A stretch of DNA of 62,839 nucleotides, counting the filler, from Choristocarpus tenellus KU-1152 (Eukaryota; Protista; Phaeophyceae): NCBI GenBank assembly GCA_964200185.2. It is 11 parts of 11 records of this genome, joined end to end, with 100 filler letters (N's around TTAATTAATTAA, not from the genome) between each part and the next. Parts side by side here need not be neighbours in the genome. Positions count along the whole stretch, not along the records: positions 21,499 to 25,050 come from CAXNAD020019312.1; positions 25,151 to 34,365 come from CAXNAD020003874.1; positions 34,466 to 37,178 come from CAXNAD020025382.1; 8 more parts are not named here. One strand, given 5' to 3'. The translations under genes were made by a program, and so were the position numbers. This document shows, one piece after another, positions 23,904 through 36,225 of the stretch. The notes under the pieces were generated by a model. It did not search any database and had not been told where the DNA came from. It saw nothing but the letters and a program-made list of their open reading frames with translations. Positions within the stretch are counted from its first letter, which is position 1, and every line of letters starts with the position of its first letter.

Positions 23904-24499
23904 TCCACTTTCACAACAACGTTTTTGAGTGTTCATCATTATAGACGATACATGAGAGGGTTGGAGAAGAATTAGTCATCGCACAACCACTTCTTCTGTG
24001 AATGAATACATCTAGATATTATTTGTTGTTCTGCTTGTCATCATGGCATATAGTCAGGCAGACCGTCAGATAATATGTACTTCATTGACTACACAAGGCA
24101 AGGCGACAATGACAAAAGAAGGGAATGCAGGGGAAAACGAGGAAGTTGGTGGTGAGTCACTGAGGTATTATTGACTTTGAAATTTTCCCCATAATACACC
24201 AACGTGAATTTGGAATTTCTTAACTTGGTATCAGCAAGCGTTTCAAGCTGAGGCCTAAATGCGCTGTAGAGAAATGTGACCTCAAGGGAAGAGAGGCTGC
24301 AGAGCTTGCAACCAGTAAATTGGGATGACTAAACTATACTTAAGAAGGCAACCAAGATATCACACACTACAGTAGTGGGGTGATGGAGTGCTATCCTTCA
24401 CTGAGGGAGGTGGGGGAGGAGGCCACAAGAGGGCATGATTGGAGATCTCCTATAAGGATAAACTGCAATAATAGCAGCTGGAGCTATACAGTGGTGTGC

Positions 24500-24730
24500 A
24501 ACCGGTGGATGCAGATGTGGTGGAAGAGCTTGCTGGTCTCCTCAAATGGTGGAAGTCAAAGGAGGAGGTTCTTGAAGAGTTGAGTAAGTTGTGGCACGGC
24601 AATCTTTCTCGATGCAGGTCACATCAGCTGAAAGTAAACTCTCGTTCTCCACTGCTGGCAACACAGTCACCGTCGAGTGCAACCACCTCTCTGGGAATAT
24701 TTTTGGCGCTGCGCTCTTGTGGGGGTGAAT
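24500..24730 (+). pseudogene. hAT transposase C-terminal dimerisation-domain remnant
   Basis: LLKWWKSKEEVLEELSK followed by frameshifted ARQSFSMQVTSAESKLSFSTAGNTVT matches LxWW...LSKxAR..LS..ATSAxSERxFSxAG. Confidence 0.7.
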
Positions 24731-25297
24731 TTGATGCCCAAATATGGAAGGATAGGTAGCAGGAAGCCATAGGGATGGTGGAGACAAGTGCAGCACCATG
24801 TTTTGTCACATCCTCTGGCTTGAGGTCGCCTATCTACATGGGCTTGGGGTAGAGTGGTACATGGTGTATTGTTTTCTCCTCGTTAGCTTATGTTCACTTT
24901 GCCCATGCCACCCCAGATACTGACTGACTGACTGTCAGTCCAAACTAGTGACACAACTCGAGCATATATCTCTCTATACATACTCCGAAACAACACTACC
25001 AATACGTGTTCTTCATCACCACACTTGACCCACTGCTTGACAACCGATAGNNNNNNNNNNNNNNNNNNNNNNNNNNNNNNNNNNNNNNNNNNNNTTAATT
25101 AATTAANNNNNNNNNNNNNNNNNNNNNNNNNNNNNNNNNNNNNNNNNNNNTTGGGGTGTCAAGTTAAAGTCCCCCCCCCCCCCAGTACCGTACTGAGACA
25201 GACATGTTGCTGCTTCTGCAATAGCGGAGGGTTTGATAGTGGTGTGCCCGAGGATTGAACCAATGATTCGGTGTAAGTGTGGAGGAGATGTGTGGTT

Positions 25298-25555
25298 GTA
25301 CCCTTTTTGTGGTACACCTTTCTGTGGAATACCTTTTTGTGGTACACCTTTTAGTGCTATACCTTTCTGTGGTATAACTTTTTGTGGTATGGCCTTTCTG
25401 GGGTTTTACCTTTTAGTGATTCACCTTTCCGTGGTATACCTTTTTGTGGTATACCTTTCTGTCATATACCTTTTCTGTGCTGTACCATTTAGTGATACAC
25501 CTTTTTGTGCTATTCCTTTCTGTGGTATACCTTTCTGTGGTATACCTTTTTGTGG
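25298..25555. repeat. 15-bp minisatellite (TACCTTTYTGTGGTA), ~17 diverged units
   Basis: Direct reading; produces the spurious GIPFC-repeat ORF. Confidence 0.9.
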
Positions 25556-25774
25556 CCCCATAAATAATAAAGCGCCCACTTTTCTGGGGGAAGAGGAAGG
25601 GAAGGTATTTGGCCCTGGAAAACAGGGTTTGGCAGACCTGGGGGGTGGGAGGGTGGGGGGGTGGTTCATTGCTGTTGTGTTTAGTGACATAGGGCTTGGG
25701 AGTGACAGAATTGGCACTTTCTTTTTCTGCTGGCACACAGCATTTTCTGAAATATTGAGTGATGCCCTGTTCAG

Positions 25775-28700
25775 ATCTTCAAGACCACGACGGAGTTTGA
25801 GTTTGACAGACTGGCGGGACGCATGGATGAGCTGGCCTACCTCAATGCTGGCGTGAGGATAGTTATGACGGATGCCAGGTATGGATGTGGAACTCATACA
25901 TTTAAGAGACTGGTGTACCTGTGAGTGGAACACCTGTTTATTTTTTGAGGGGGAAATGTATTCCGATGGAGATGATAGCCTCGAAACGCTGAACCTAACC
26001 CTGGTCTTATTCATTGCCCTAACCCTGGTCTTATTCATTGCCCTAACCCTGGTCTTATTCATTGTCCTAACCCTGGTCTTATTCATTGCCCTAACCCTGG
26101 TCTTATTCATTGCCCTAATCCTGGTCTTATTCATTGCCCTAACCCTGGTCTTATTCATTGCCCTAATCCTGATCTTATTCATTGCCCTAATCCTGGTCTT
26201 ATTCATTGCCCTAATCCTGATCTTATTCATTGTCCTAACCCTGGTCTTATTCATTGCCCTAACCCTGATCTTATTCATTGCCCTAACCCTGGTCTTATTC
26301 ATTGCCCTAACCCTGATCTTATTCATTGCCCTAACCCTGATCTTATTCATTGCCCTAACCCTGATCTTATTCATTGCCCTAACCCTAACCCTACAAGTGC
26401 ACTCTTGTGATGCAGTAGGTCAGGTTTTTTTCGATAACAATCCTAGAGTTGCAGTTGCTTGGGAATGGTGAAATCGAACCCTTATCCTAACCCTAACCCT
26501 AAAACTATCCCCCGCTCTGTAGTTAACCCTAACCCTATTGCTAGCTTTTAGCCCTCACTCTGTTACTAACTCCGTCCCTGGCCCTATCCCCAACTCTCAG
26601 TTAACCCTAACTCTATCGCTAGCTCTATCCCCAACCCTATCTCTCCAACCCTTACCTAACCCTAACCCTAACCCTGACTCTGTCCCTAAATCTAGCCCGA
26701 ACACTTGATCCTAACCCTAACACTATCCCCAACCAACACGCCTCGACAGTAGTGTGAAGCGTCCTGGCTGAACCCTAACCCTAATGCAGTAATGCGAACC
26801 AATTCCGTATGTTCAAGTCATCTGTCTCTGTTGTCCAAGTCGTCCCTGAGAAGAGAAACACCCCGTCCATCCTCTCGGTCATCTAGTAAAAACAAAACAA
26901 AACAAAACAAAACCAATTACTAACCGCAACACTTGGTTTCACTTGGGCTCCTCGATACGCAATTTCGACGCACGTTCCACCGTGTGTGTGTCGCATCCTG
27001 TCTCGCAGTCGCACGAGCAGCGGTCGATCGCTGACGCTGTCCCTAACCCTGTGTGTTCAAGAACAAATCTCGACAACTCTATCCCTAACCCTATCTGCTG
27101 AACGCATTGACCCCCTATTTTCCTTCTTTTTTTTTTTAATTACTTGAAAAAAAAATTGTACAATATATATATTTATTTATTTTTTAGTGTCAAAATTAGG
27201 ACTCAGCCCGTGATAGGTGGATCGAGGTTCGCATGTGTGTGTTTTATTTTTTGTTTTTATTGTCTTTTTTTCCCTTCCCACTGAGACCTCTCCTTAGAGT
27301 TTTCCACGTGATAATGTGGCGGCATTAATTTTATATTTTGCTTTTTCCCATTTTTTTCTGTATTTGATTGAGAGTCTGATTCCACCCACTTTTACTGTTT
27401 TAGGTGTTTCAATGGGTGTCCTTCCCATTGGGCCTTGTTCTTGACTGGGGTTGACATCAATTGCTTTCTCCTTCCCTTATCCTCTCTCCTCCCCCCCCTT
27501 AACCCTTTTATTTAATATGCACTGCTATACTGTAATAAATAGTACCGTTCTACATATCCCTCACCCTTAGCCTCACCCTTAGCCTCACCCTTAGCCTCAC
27601 CCTTAGCATGCAATACAATAATACAGAGACAGTACTTTGTGTTTCAAGACCTACCTCCTCTGTTCAGTTCAGTGTCAGCTACAATAGTTCGCAGGTTGGA
27701 AACAAAAAAAACTGCTTGGGAAGGGGTTTCTCGTGGTTTTGCTATAGAGTAGTAGGTGGACGTGCGTTGGATTTTGGTGGTACTTTAGGTTATACTTCAT
27801 GATGGGGGGTGTCTGGAAGATACCCGCTAATAACAATGAAGACCTTATACGTACCATATTTAAAGTGTTAAATAGCCCGCCTTGCTTAACTCTTTGAACA
27901 GACACCGAACGCAGGAGGGGAAGAACAATAAAATAAGATTCTCTCTTCTTCCTTCTTCTTTCTCTTATCATTCTCTTCTCCCTCGTCTTTTTTTTTTTTA
28001 CCGGGGGTTTCCTGGATGGGATGGCGTTTGTTGATGTTGGCTCGCGTTGTATATGTATGTATGTATGAAAAAAAATAAGTTAATCTTAATTAATCTTAAT
28101 CCCAACTTTTGTTACTCTACTCGTGTTGGCGTGTTTGTTTTACGCTCAAAATTCCCCCGGGGGGGGGTTTGCATTTAAAAATATATATATATATATATTT
28201 ATTTTTTTTAATTTTTTTACTTTTTTTGTTGGGGTGTCGGTGGTGTGGGGGAAGCCAGGGAGGGCCTGGACAACGAAGGGTTTCCGAAGAGGCGTGAACA
28301 GTACCTTCACAAAGGTGGGGTAATGGAGTTTGTGGAGCTCATGTGCAAGGAGAAAGAAGCCCTTCACCCAGAAGTCAAGGTGATCAAGAGTACAGTCATC
28401 AGGTAGTGTTAAGAGTACATACAGTCATCAGGTAGTGTCAAGAGTACATACAGTCATCAGGTAGTATCAAGAGTACATACAGTCATCAGGTTGTGTCAAG
28501 AGTACATACAGTCATCAGGTTGTGTCAAGAGTACATACAGTCATCAGGTAGTGTCAAGAGTACATACAGTCATCAGGTTGTGTCAAGAGTACATACAGTC
28601 ATCAGGTAGTGTCAAGAGTACATACAGTCATCAGGTAGTATCAAGAGTACATACAGTCATCAGGTTGTGTCAAGAGTACATACAGTCATCAGGTAGTGTC

Positions 28701-31700
28701 AAGAGTACATACAGTCATCAGGTAGTGTCAAGAGTACATACAGTCATCAGGTAGTGTCAAGAGTACATACAGTCATCAGGTAGTATCAAGAGTACATACA
28801 GTCATCAGGTTGTGTCAAGAGTACATACAGTCATCAGGTTGTGTCACAGTAGTTTTTTCCGCTTGAACAACTGGGAAAACAAACAAAAAAAATTGAACAA
28901 AAAATCTTGAGTGGATTCTCCTGTAGTAATTTCCTCAGAAATTTCCTGGTGGTGGCACCTCTTGCGGGGCACCTTTACTTAGAAAGTGGACATCTACTAT
29001 GCTTGTTATGAGAAGGGACGGTAGGGGGGGGGATCGTGTGCTCTTTTTTTTCTCTCTTTTTGTGCTGTTGTCTCCGTCTATATTTGAGAAAATATATATT
29101 TGGAATTTTATGTTCTTGAAAAACATTTTGTGCATGTTTTTGTTTTATTTAATTTAATGAGTCCTTTTGTTCGCTACCACAACTACTCTTCACACCCTCT
29201 TAATTAAAAAAATAATATATATATATACTAAATGGTGAGAAAAAATATAACCCTAACCCTCACGCTAACGCAAGAAATATATATATATGTATGTTTCTAG
29301 TTTTTATGCATGTGTATTACTACTCTGCAAAGGTTTTGTAAAGAAAAAATTGCTTTATTCGCTGTATTAAAAAGAAGAAAAAAAGATAGATTTAATAAGA
29401 CGTTTCTAACCACAATATATATATATATGTATATATATTTCTGTTTGTTTTCAGCGAGGAGGCGTACAGCAAACTCATCCCAATTTTTTGTTTATTTTAT
29501 TTCATTTTATTTTGAGTACAGGTTATTCGTGCGGTCGGAGAGCGGGATGGCGTTTCTGTGGAGGTGTGCTTGTCTTGGAGCCGCGATATGTACACTGACT
29601 CCCTTGTCTCCTTTGCCAACGGCATAAGGTGAGAGTAGGGTCCACCACTGACCGGGTTTCTATGGCATGGGTAGGCGGGCCTTGTCCCTGTGGACCGGGG
29701 AGGTCGTATCTCTCTTGCATTTGAGAGAGTGGGTTCGTGGTGTTGGTGTTTGCCTGGGTTGTTCCTTATGCAAGGTATACCTTTGTATCGCTTGCCGCTT
29801 CTTCTTCTTTTTTTTTGTCTCTGGCAGTGGTTTAGTTGATAACCGTTCCACCAACGCCATGATTTTTTTATTTTTTTATTTTGTACCTTTTTTTTCTGAA
29901 CGGTTTTTTATTCTTTGTGTTCTGATAGGTTGTTGGGTGGGGGAGGGGGGCGGGGGCGGTTGGTGGTGCCAATAGGATTTGATCGCTCTGACTCTTGTTT
30001 TTGTTTTTTTTAGTGTGGGTAGTAGAGGGTGTCCATCGGTGAGTTTGATGTTGTTATTAGAGCGTTTTGATGTGGATATGGAGTTGTTTGTATTGGGGTA
30101 TCATCGTTTTTTGGTTTTTGCAAAAGTTTTTGTGTACTCTTCTCCTATCTGTGTGCCTGTGTGTGTGTGTGTGTGTGTTTGTATATCTTGAGAAGGTGTG
30201 CATGTGCCAGTGCACATACTTGCTTGAGCGTCCTGAATGGGGGGACATTAAAAAATATATATATAAATAAATATAAATCTCAGGGAGCTTTGGTTGCTTA
30301 AACAGGTGGACAGGGGGTACATTGGAATGGGCACACGCTATGTAGTTTGTTTTGTTTTAGGATCACGGTTTGGGTTTCTCCCAGCAGGCGTTTACTTGGA
30401 ATGGTGATGGGAGGGTTTGTGTCAGTGTACATTATTTTTAAAAAAATGTGGAAAAAAAGGTATTGGCCTTTTTTATGTAATGAGAGCTTTTGATTGGATT
30501 TTCGTGCTGAGAATAAAAAGAGAAAAAATGTTAGAAAACGGTTGGGAATACATACATGCATGCATACATAGAGTTGTGTGTATTATGTAATCATTTCTTT
30601 ATTTTTATTTATTTTGGTAAAAAAAAATTAAAGTAGTAGTAAGCAAGTGATTTTTAAAATAAAGTATCTACTCCCTCTGTCCCATAAGTCTGTTCCTTTT
30701 ATGCATGTAATGTATGTATGTATGTCGGGATGATCTCCGATTTCAAACACGGATTTTTACGTTGGATCAATCGGAACATTTAATGTAATATGAGTTATAT
30801 TTGAAGAGTTTAGGAAGTCCTGAACCGTCTTCAAACATAGGCTACTCATCTTTTGTGTTGTTGATATTATACTCCCTCTGTCCCATAAGTCTGTTCCTTT
30901 TATGCATATATGTAATGTATGTATGTATGTCGGGATGACCTCCGATTTCAAACACGGATGTTTGCGTTGGATTCCTTTGACAATTTTTTAAAATTAGAAT
31001 ACCTTTACTCGGTGTCAGTCAGTGACGTCAATCCAACAATTCAGTGGCTTCTTGTGGGCCTTATGCCCGCCTAACCTCTGTTCCATATTTTCAGAACAGT
31101 TTCGGGATTTATATATATTTTTCAAACATGCCTCATCCTGCGTAAAATCTCCCGAGGAATCCAATGCAAAAATCCGTTTTGAAATCGGAGGTCATCCTGA
31201 AGAGGTACATGCATAAACGGAACAGACTTATGGGACAGAGGGAGTATATATTATGCTGTTGTTGATGAGGTGGCATTGATGTCTTTTGTACCATTAGTGG
31301 AAACATACTTGTTCAAAATATAGAAAAATGCATTCCTTTATTTTCACCTACTACTTCTATTCCTATTACTACTTACTACTACTACTACTAATACTACTAC
31401 CACTACTACTATTACTACTACTTCTACTCCTATTACTACTTACTAATACTACTACCACTACTACTACTATTACTGCTACTATTACTACTACTACTACTAC
31501 TAGTATATTTCAAATATGAAGTGGTACCATCTAAGAGGGGGTATCCTTGAGTATTGAAGTCTAATGTGCCCGGTTGTAATAAGTGTGTGTGGTTTTAGAA
31601 CATAATGTGTAATAAGTGTGTGTGGTCTTAGAGCATAATATGTAATAAGTGTGTGTGGTCTTAGAACATAATGTGTAATAAGTGTGTGTGGTATTAGAAC

Positions 31701-32385
31701 ATAATATGTAATAGTGTGTGTGGTATTAGAACTAGGATTGCATAGATTGCTTTCTGGTAACAACACACATTCAAGACTCATTTTCCTCTCTACAGGCATG
31801 TCTACCTAGGGGAGGTTGAGTGGGTTTTGGCCTTTGGTATGGTGTGCGTTTTATACAGGACAAGGTTGAAAAGGGCCTTCAAAATTGGACCTCAATAATA
31901 ATAATAATAATAATAATAATTACGAAATAGACCTTGCTCTCGGATGGTTTCGCTCACTTTTTTTTTGTGACAACAGACTGACTTGATTGACTTGATGATA
32001 CGCCATGCTATGTTTAGAAAACTGTAAACCGAGAAGAATATTTGTGGTTATTATTATTATGGCGTTTGGAATGAAGTGGCGTCCATGTTAGCAAGGTGTC
32101 GGCGAGGAAGAGGAGAAGAAAGTAGGAATTTAAATTTTTATTGTTTGCTATTTTGGTTTTTGATTACTCTGTACGATTTATAAAAAGGCGTGTTCCGGAA
32201 TATTTTTACCATAAAAAAGTAATAATTTTGAAATGATCGAATGGAGTGGGCATGGATAACGCCTCTCGTGAGGTAGTTTTGTAAAAATAAAATTAATTTA
32301 TTAGAGGTTTTGAGAAACGACAATTTTTTGCCAGATGATATGAAATGGAGGGGAGCAAGTAACAGAAACATGTTTATGTGTATGC

Positions 32386-32422
<37 letters not shown>

Positions 32423-32638
32423 TTTTATTTTTTATTTCAGCAAGGACGACTCTTTAACATCTAATAGGCGGGGCCTGCAACTAAAACTATGGTGTTGATG
32501 GTGCACAGGACGGGTGATGGAGGGACACACCTAGAGGGTCTCAAGTCCATCATAACACGTACTGTTAACTCCTTGGGAAAGAAGTTGGGCAAGATTAAGG
32601 AAGGATCGCCCAATATTGGAGGGGATTTTGTTAGAGAG
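25775..32638 (+). CDS. gyrB: DNA gyrase subunit B, nuclear-encoded organellar, internal exons 25775-25878, 28259-28379, 29522-29628, 32509-32638
   Basis: Spliced peptide IFKTTTEFEFDRLAGRMDELAYLNAGVRIVMTDAR...YLHKGGVMEFVELMCKEKEALHPEVK|VIRAVGERDGVSVEVCLSWSRDMYTDSLVSFANGIR|TGDGGTHLEGLKSIITRTVNSLGKK...GDFVRE carries the GyrB ELAFLN, SFANNI.T.DGGTH and GxDxRE motifs; intron phases consistent (2, 0, 2). Confidence 0.95.
25994..26393. repeat. 24-bp minisatellite CCCTAACCCTGGTCTTATTCATTG x~16 in gyrB intron
   Basis: Direct reading; each unit holds a telomere-type CCCTAACCCT. Confidence 0.95.
26477..26785. repeat. Degenerate interstitial telomere-like (CCCTAA) tract; related 12-bp CCTCACCCTTAG x4 at ~27559-27607
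   Basis: Multiple CCCTAACCCTAA blocks and variants. Confidence 0.75.
28385..28846. repeat. 29-bp minisatellite CAAGAGTACATACAGTCATCAGGTWGTRT x~16 directly after a gyrB splice donor
   Basis: Direct reading; highly homogeneous units. Confidence 0.95.
30671..30835. mobile_element. Truncated Stowaway-like MITE (one TIR)
   Basis: TA|CTCCCTCTGTCCCATAAGTCTGTTCC start; first ~85 bp nearly identical to the 30872 copy. Confidence 0.75.
30872..31244. mobile_element. 373-bp Stowaway-like (Tc1/mariner) MITE
   Basis: Perfect 26-bp TIR CTCCCTCTGTCCCATAAGTCTGTTCC; TA on both sides. Confidence 0.93.
31348..31502. repeat. (TAC)n microsatellite
   Basis: Direct reading. Confidence 0.9.
31576..31731. repeat. 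33-bp minisatellite, ~4.5 units
   Basis: AAGTGTGTGTGGTCTTAGAACATAATGTGTAAT repeated. Confidence 0.88.
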
Positions 32639-33884
32639 GTGAGGTGGCTTTATTTTTGGGGTAGGAGAGTGGCAAGAAGGGTGCTACCGTTGTATACTTT
32701 GTTGATTTATTTATTTTTTGAAGCTGATGAGGAAAAATAAATAAATATGGAGATATTGGGGGGGGTGGAGGGGGGTGATTGTGAAATGTGTGTGTGTGTG
32801 TGTGTGTGTATGTGTGTGTGTTTTAGTGGAAATGTAGCGAGGGTGATGGAGAGGAGAGTTTTTAGTGTGACTGACTGAGGACATTTTTAGCCTAACAAGC
32901 AGTGTTCGTAGTAGGTGTCTGGTTATTTTGTCAGTGTTGTATAGCTCGCAAGGTATATACTGTAAACAATGTGTAGCTATCTTATTTGATTGTTTCATTG
33001 TTTTTTTTAGGGGCTTAGGGGTGTGTGCCTGTGTGGGATGAGAAGCTTTTCTGTGTCGCCCTTGGCAGGGTGAAGAATATTCTTTGAAATGAAGAATGTT
33101 CTTTGAAATGTGTGTATTGTGGGTTTTTGAAACTCTTCTTGTCTGTTTTTCTTCTCGCTGTTCTTAATTGCTCTTGTCGATGGTCTTATTCTTGTAACTC
33201 TTTGAGTGTATGTTATTATTTGTAAGGACTGTGTTTAACTATTATGTTTATCTATTTATTTATTGTGTGATTATGTGTGTGTATGTATGTATGTATGTAT
33301 GTCTTTAAGATTTATTTTGGGTGTACGTTTGTGTATGTATGTATGTATGTATGTATGTTTATTGTACATACCTGCAGATATATACTATAGGGTTAATGTT
33401 GCTCAATGCACATGTATTTATTGTGTGATTATGCACATGTATATATATATTTGAAGTTTATTTTGGGTATGCTTTTGTGTGTTTATCTATGTGTAGAGTT
33501 AATATTACTCAATGCACATATATATATATATATATATTAGAAGTTCATTTTGGGTATACTTTTGTTTATGTGTGTTTATTGTACATACCTGCACATGAAT
33601 TTGTGTGTGGATTTAATTATATATTTATAAAATGTACAGGTGTAAATATTTTATTTATTTTGGGACCCACACAGAAAAGTTACGATATCATATATTAAGT
33701 GTGTGTATGTGTGAAAGTATGATGTATGTAGCCTTAGAATCAATCCTTTATTGTTATTTTTGTTTACCTTGGCTCATTGCATATACCTGTTTTGTGTTGT
33801 CTAATTTTTATTTTATTTCTGGTTTGAGATCGTCAATTTGATATGTGAATACATGGTCAGAGATAGATTTTTTATAAATAGGTG

Positions 33885-33939
<55 letters not shown>

Positions 33940-34040
33940 AAAGGGGTCTAGTGTTGAGTTGGAAATATTTCTGGCAGTTGTAGCTTTTCTGACCTGGACG
34001 GGTTATGGTTTAGGATTAGGGTTTTAATAGGAAAGATGAA

Positions 34041-34265
34041 GCCTTCCCATTGGTCGGTTCTTTCTCACCATCTTAAACCTAGCCAATATATCTAACTACT
34101 CCACCTGGGTTGGAAATAGTGAGACGTGAGTGAGAATTGATGAGGCTTGGTGTAGTCATGCCAGCTAGGTTTGAGATGGTGAGAAAGAAGCAACCAATGA
34201 GAAGGCTCGGTGTAGTTCTGTTACCTAGGCTTGATACAGCGAGAAAGAATTGGCCAATGAGAAGG
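34041..34265. repeat. ~59-bp diverged direct repeats plus one inverted copy
   Basis: 34041-34082 is the reverse complement of ~34165-34206 (CTAGGTTTGAGATGGTGAGAAAGAA..ACCAATGAGAAGGC); direct copy at ~34226-34265. Confidence 0.65.
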
Positions 34266-34284
34266 GTTCTTTTGCTTTCACACT

Positions 34285-34365
34285 GACCCAAAGTATCTGG
34301 GGGGGGGGGAGTCTGCCATTTGAACCAAAACCAGGAAAAGTGCACTTTCATTATCCATCCAACGT
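34285..34365. mobile_element. Poly-G subfamily MITE start, cut by contig end
   Basis: GACCCAAAGTATCT followed by a poly-G run at the terminus. Confidence 0.65.
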
Positions 34366-34473
34366 NNNNNNNNNNNNNNNNNNNNNNNNNNNNNNNNNNN
34401 NNNNNNNNNTTAATTAATTAANNNNNNNNNNNNNNNNNNNNNNNNNNNNNNNNNNNNNNNNNNNNTTATCAGT

Positions 34474-34523
<50 letters not shown>

Positions 34524-36225
34524 TTGACATACTCACCTGACATACTCACCTGAAAGAAGTCGAAATTCACTCTTATCAAACTATTGATCAGAATCGCGAC
34601 ACCACAACAGCGTCTAATTGACACCCAAATGAGCATTAGGTTCATCCATGCCCATCAGTACTGAAGCCACAATGTCTGTATGCATACAAAAGTATGTACA
34701 GCACGTAAGTGGAAGTGTAACAATCAACACAATGGTGTGTTCATTGAAACTTATTTTAAACACAGAAATAACGTGTGGTATGCGAGCGTGTTGTATAAAT
34801 ATAAATGTGTGTGGGACGAGGAAGCTACCTCTTCTTAGAAATGGCCGAAACACTCCACTAAAGACCAGAATTGCTACTACTCCATGTCAAAAAATGGAAA
34901 TAAATATCTCTCAATGTCTACAAAAGGCAAAAAGGACATGTGCAAACGAATATTTTGGAGGTATTACAAAGTCAAACGTTAACTGCCATAATAATAAAAT
35001 ATGGAACAACAAGCGTCAAACGTAAGTGTGCTATGCTCCGCTGTGCGCAACAGGACACTGCCTCTTCAAACAAGGCATGCATCATTTTTTCGCCATCAGC
35101 ATTATTTCTACCACTTCCTCTATTCAGAATCAGTGTCAACATTATGCAGGGCAGGCTGTATATAAATGTACAAGATGATGATACTAGATTTATGATATTC
35201 TTTGTAGAGAAAGTCAATAGAGAACATTCGGTTATCTTAACATCTCAGCAAAATCTGACACAACATTCTCCCTATCCTGCGCTCCCTGATGCGAAGCTGC
35301 AAACAAACGCCTTCGAGACAGACCATCTCTCCCCATACATTGACATTGTTGAACTGAAAATGAATGTTTTTGACAGAGAAACCTTAGTATTTTCAAGTTT
35401 CAACAGCATTAATATTGCTACGACCACCAATACATGATTACCTAAACGTTATTCCAGAACAGTAGTAGGATCATTCTTAAACAAATGCCACCCAATACAT
35501 TCCACAACATCTAAAATTCTTGCTTAGTCCCAATATACATACGTCGCTCAAATTTATGACAGGAACGGGCATTGATATGTCAGAAATCGATTTGTACGCC
35601 ATAAATCAGATTTGCTTTGTCCGACGGGTGAAGATTTGTGGTTGTAACACCTCCTTATCAAACGTCTCCTCAAACCGAATCCTCTGAAACCAAATCTAAT
35701 GCGGACTAATATCCCCACCTCCACTACTTACCGACAATAAAGTTCATTTTCCCTTGATCTAAGGATCAGAATTCTAGGGAGATGTTATTGTGGTCCTTTG
35801 CGAGGTAGAATATCCAACAAAATGCGAGAGTGGAAGTAGGTGATGAAACTTGGACAAAATTATAAATAGTTGTACACCATCACATGTATGCATGTGGGTC
35901 ATCACACACAACATAAACAGGAGGTTTGGAGGGTTTAGGGTATGTGAGTATCGAATGTAACATCTCAATAGTCGGAAGAAGATAATATCGTTGGGTTCTG
36001 GATTTATCATCGGGAATATTCCGATAACACCCGTTCTTACTAAGCCTACATCACCACCAAAAACTCGTACACATCATACTGTCGATGTGTAAGAGGGCTT
36101 GAGGAAAAACACAGCTACTATGTGTAAAGCCATGCCTATGCCCCGTTGAACGAAATCTATTTGTTTGTCATTCATTATCCATCGAATGTGCCTTTCCCTA
36201 CACTGGCAAAGGAGGAAAATAATCG

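Noticed and set aside
25233-25856. 207-aa GIPFC-repeat ORF
   Set aside because: 15-bp minisatellite; the real gyrB exon here is in another frame.
25421-26471. 317-aa MNKTRVRA and 199-aa LVLFIALT repeat ORFs
   Set aside because: Translations of a stop-free 24-bp minisatellite lying in a gyrB intron.
28380-28402. Extending the gyrB exon to the CAG|GTAG donor at 28403
   Set aside because: Gives phase 2, whereas the next exon needs phase 0.
28385-28846. CRISPR-like array (29-bp repeats)
   Set aside because: Repeats are head-to-tail with no unique spacers; eukaryotic intron; no cas genes.
34486-34522. Long poly-G run as a G-quadruplex element
   Set aside because: At a contig edge; likely a sequencing artefact.
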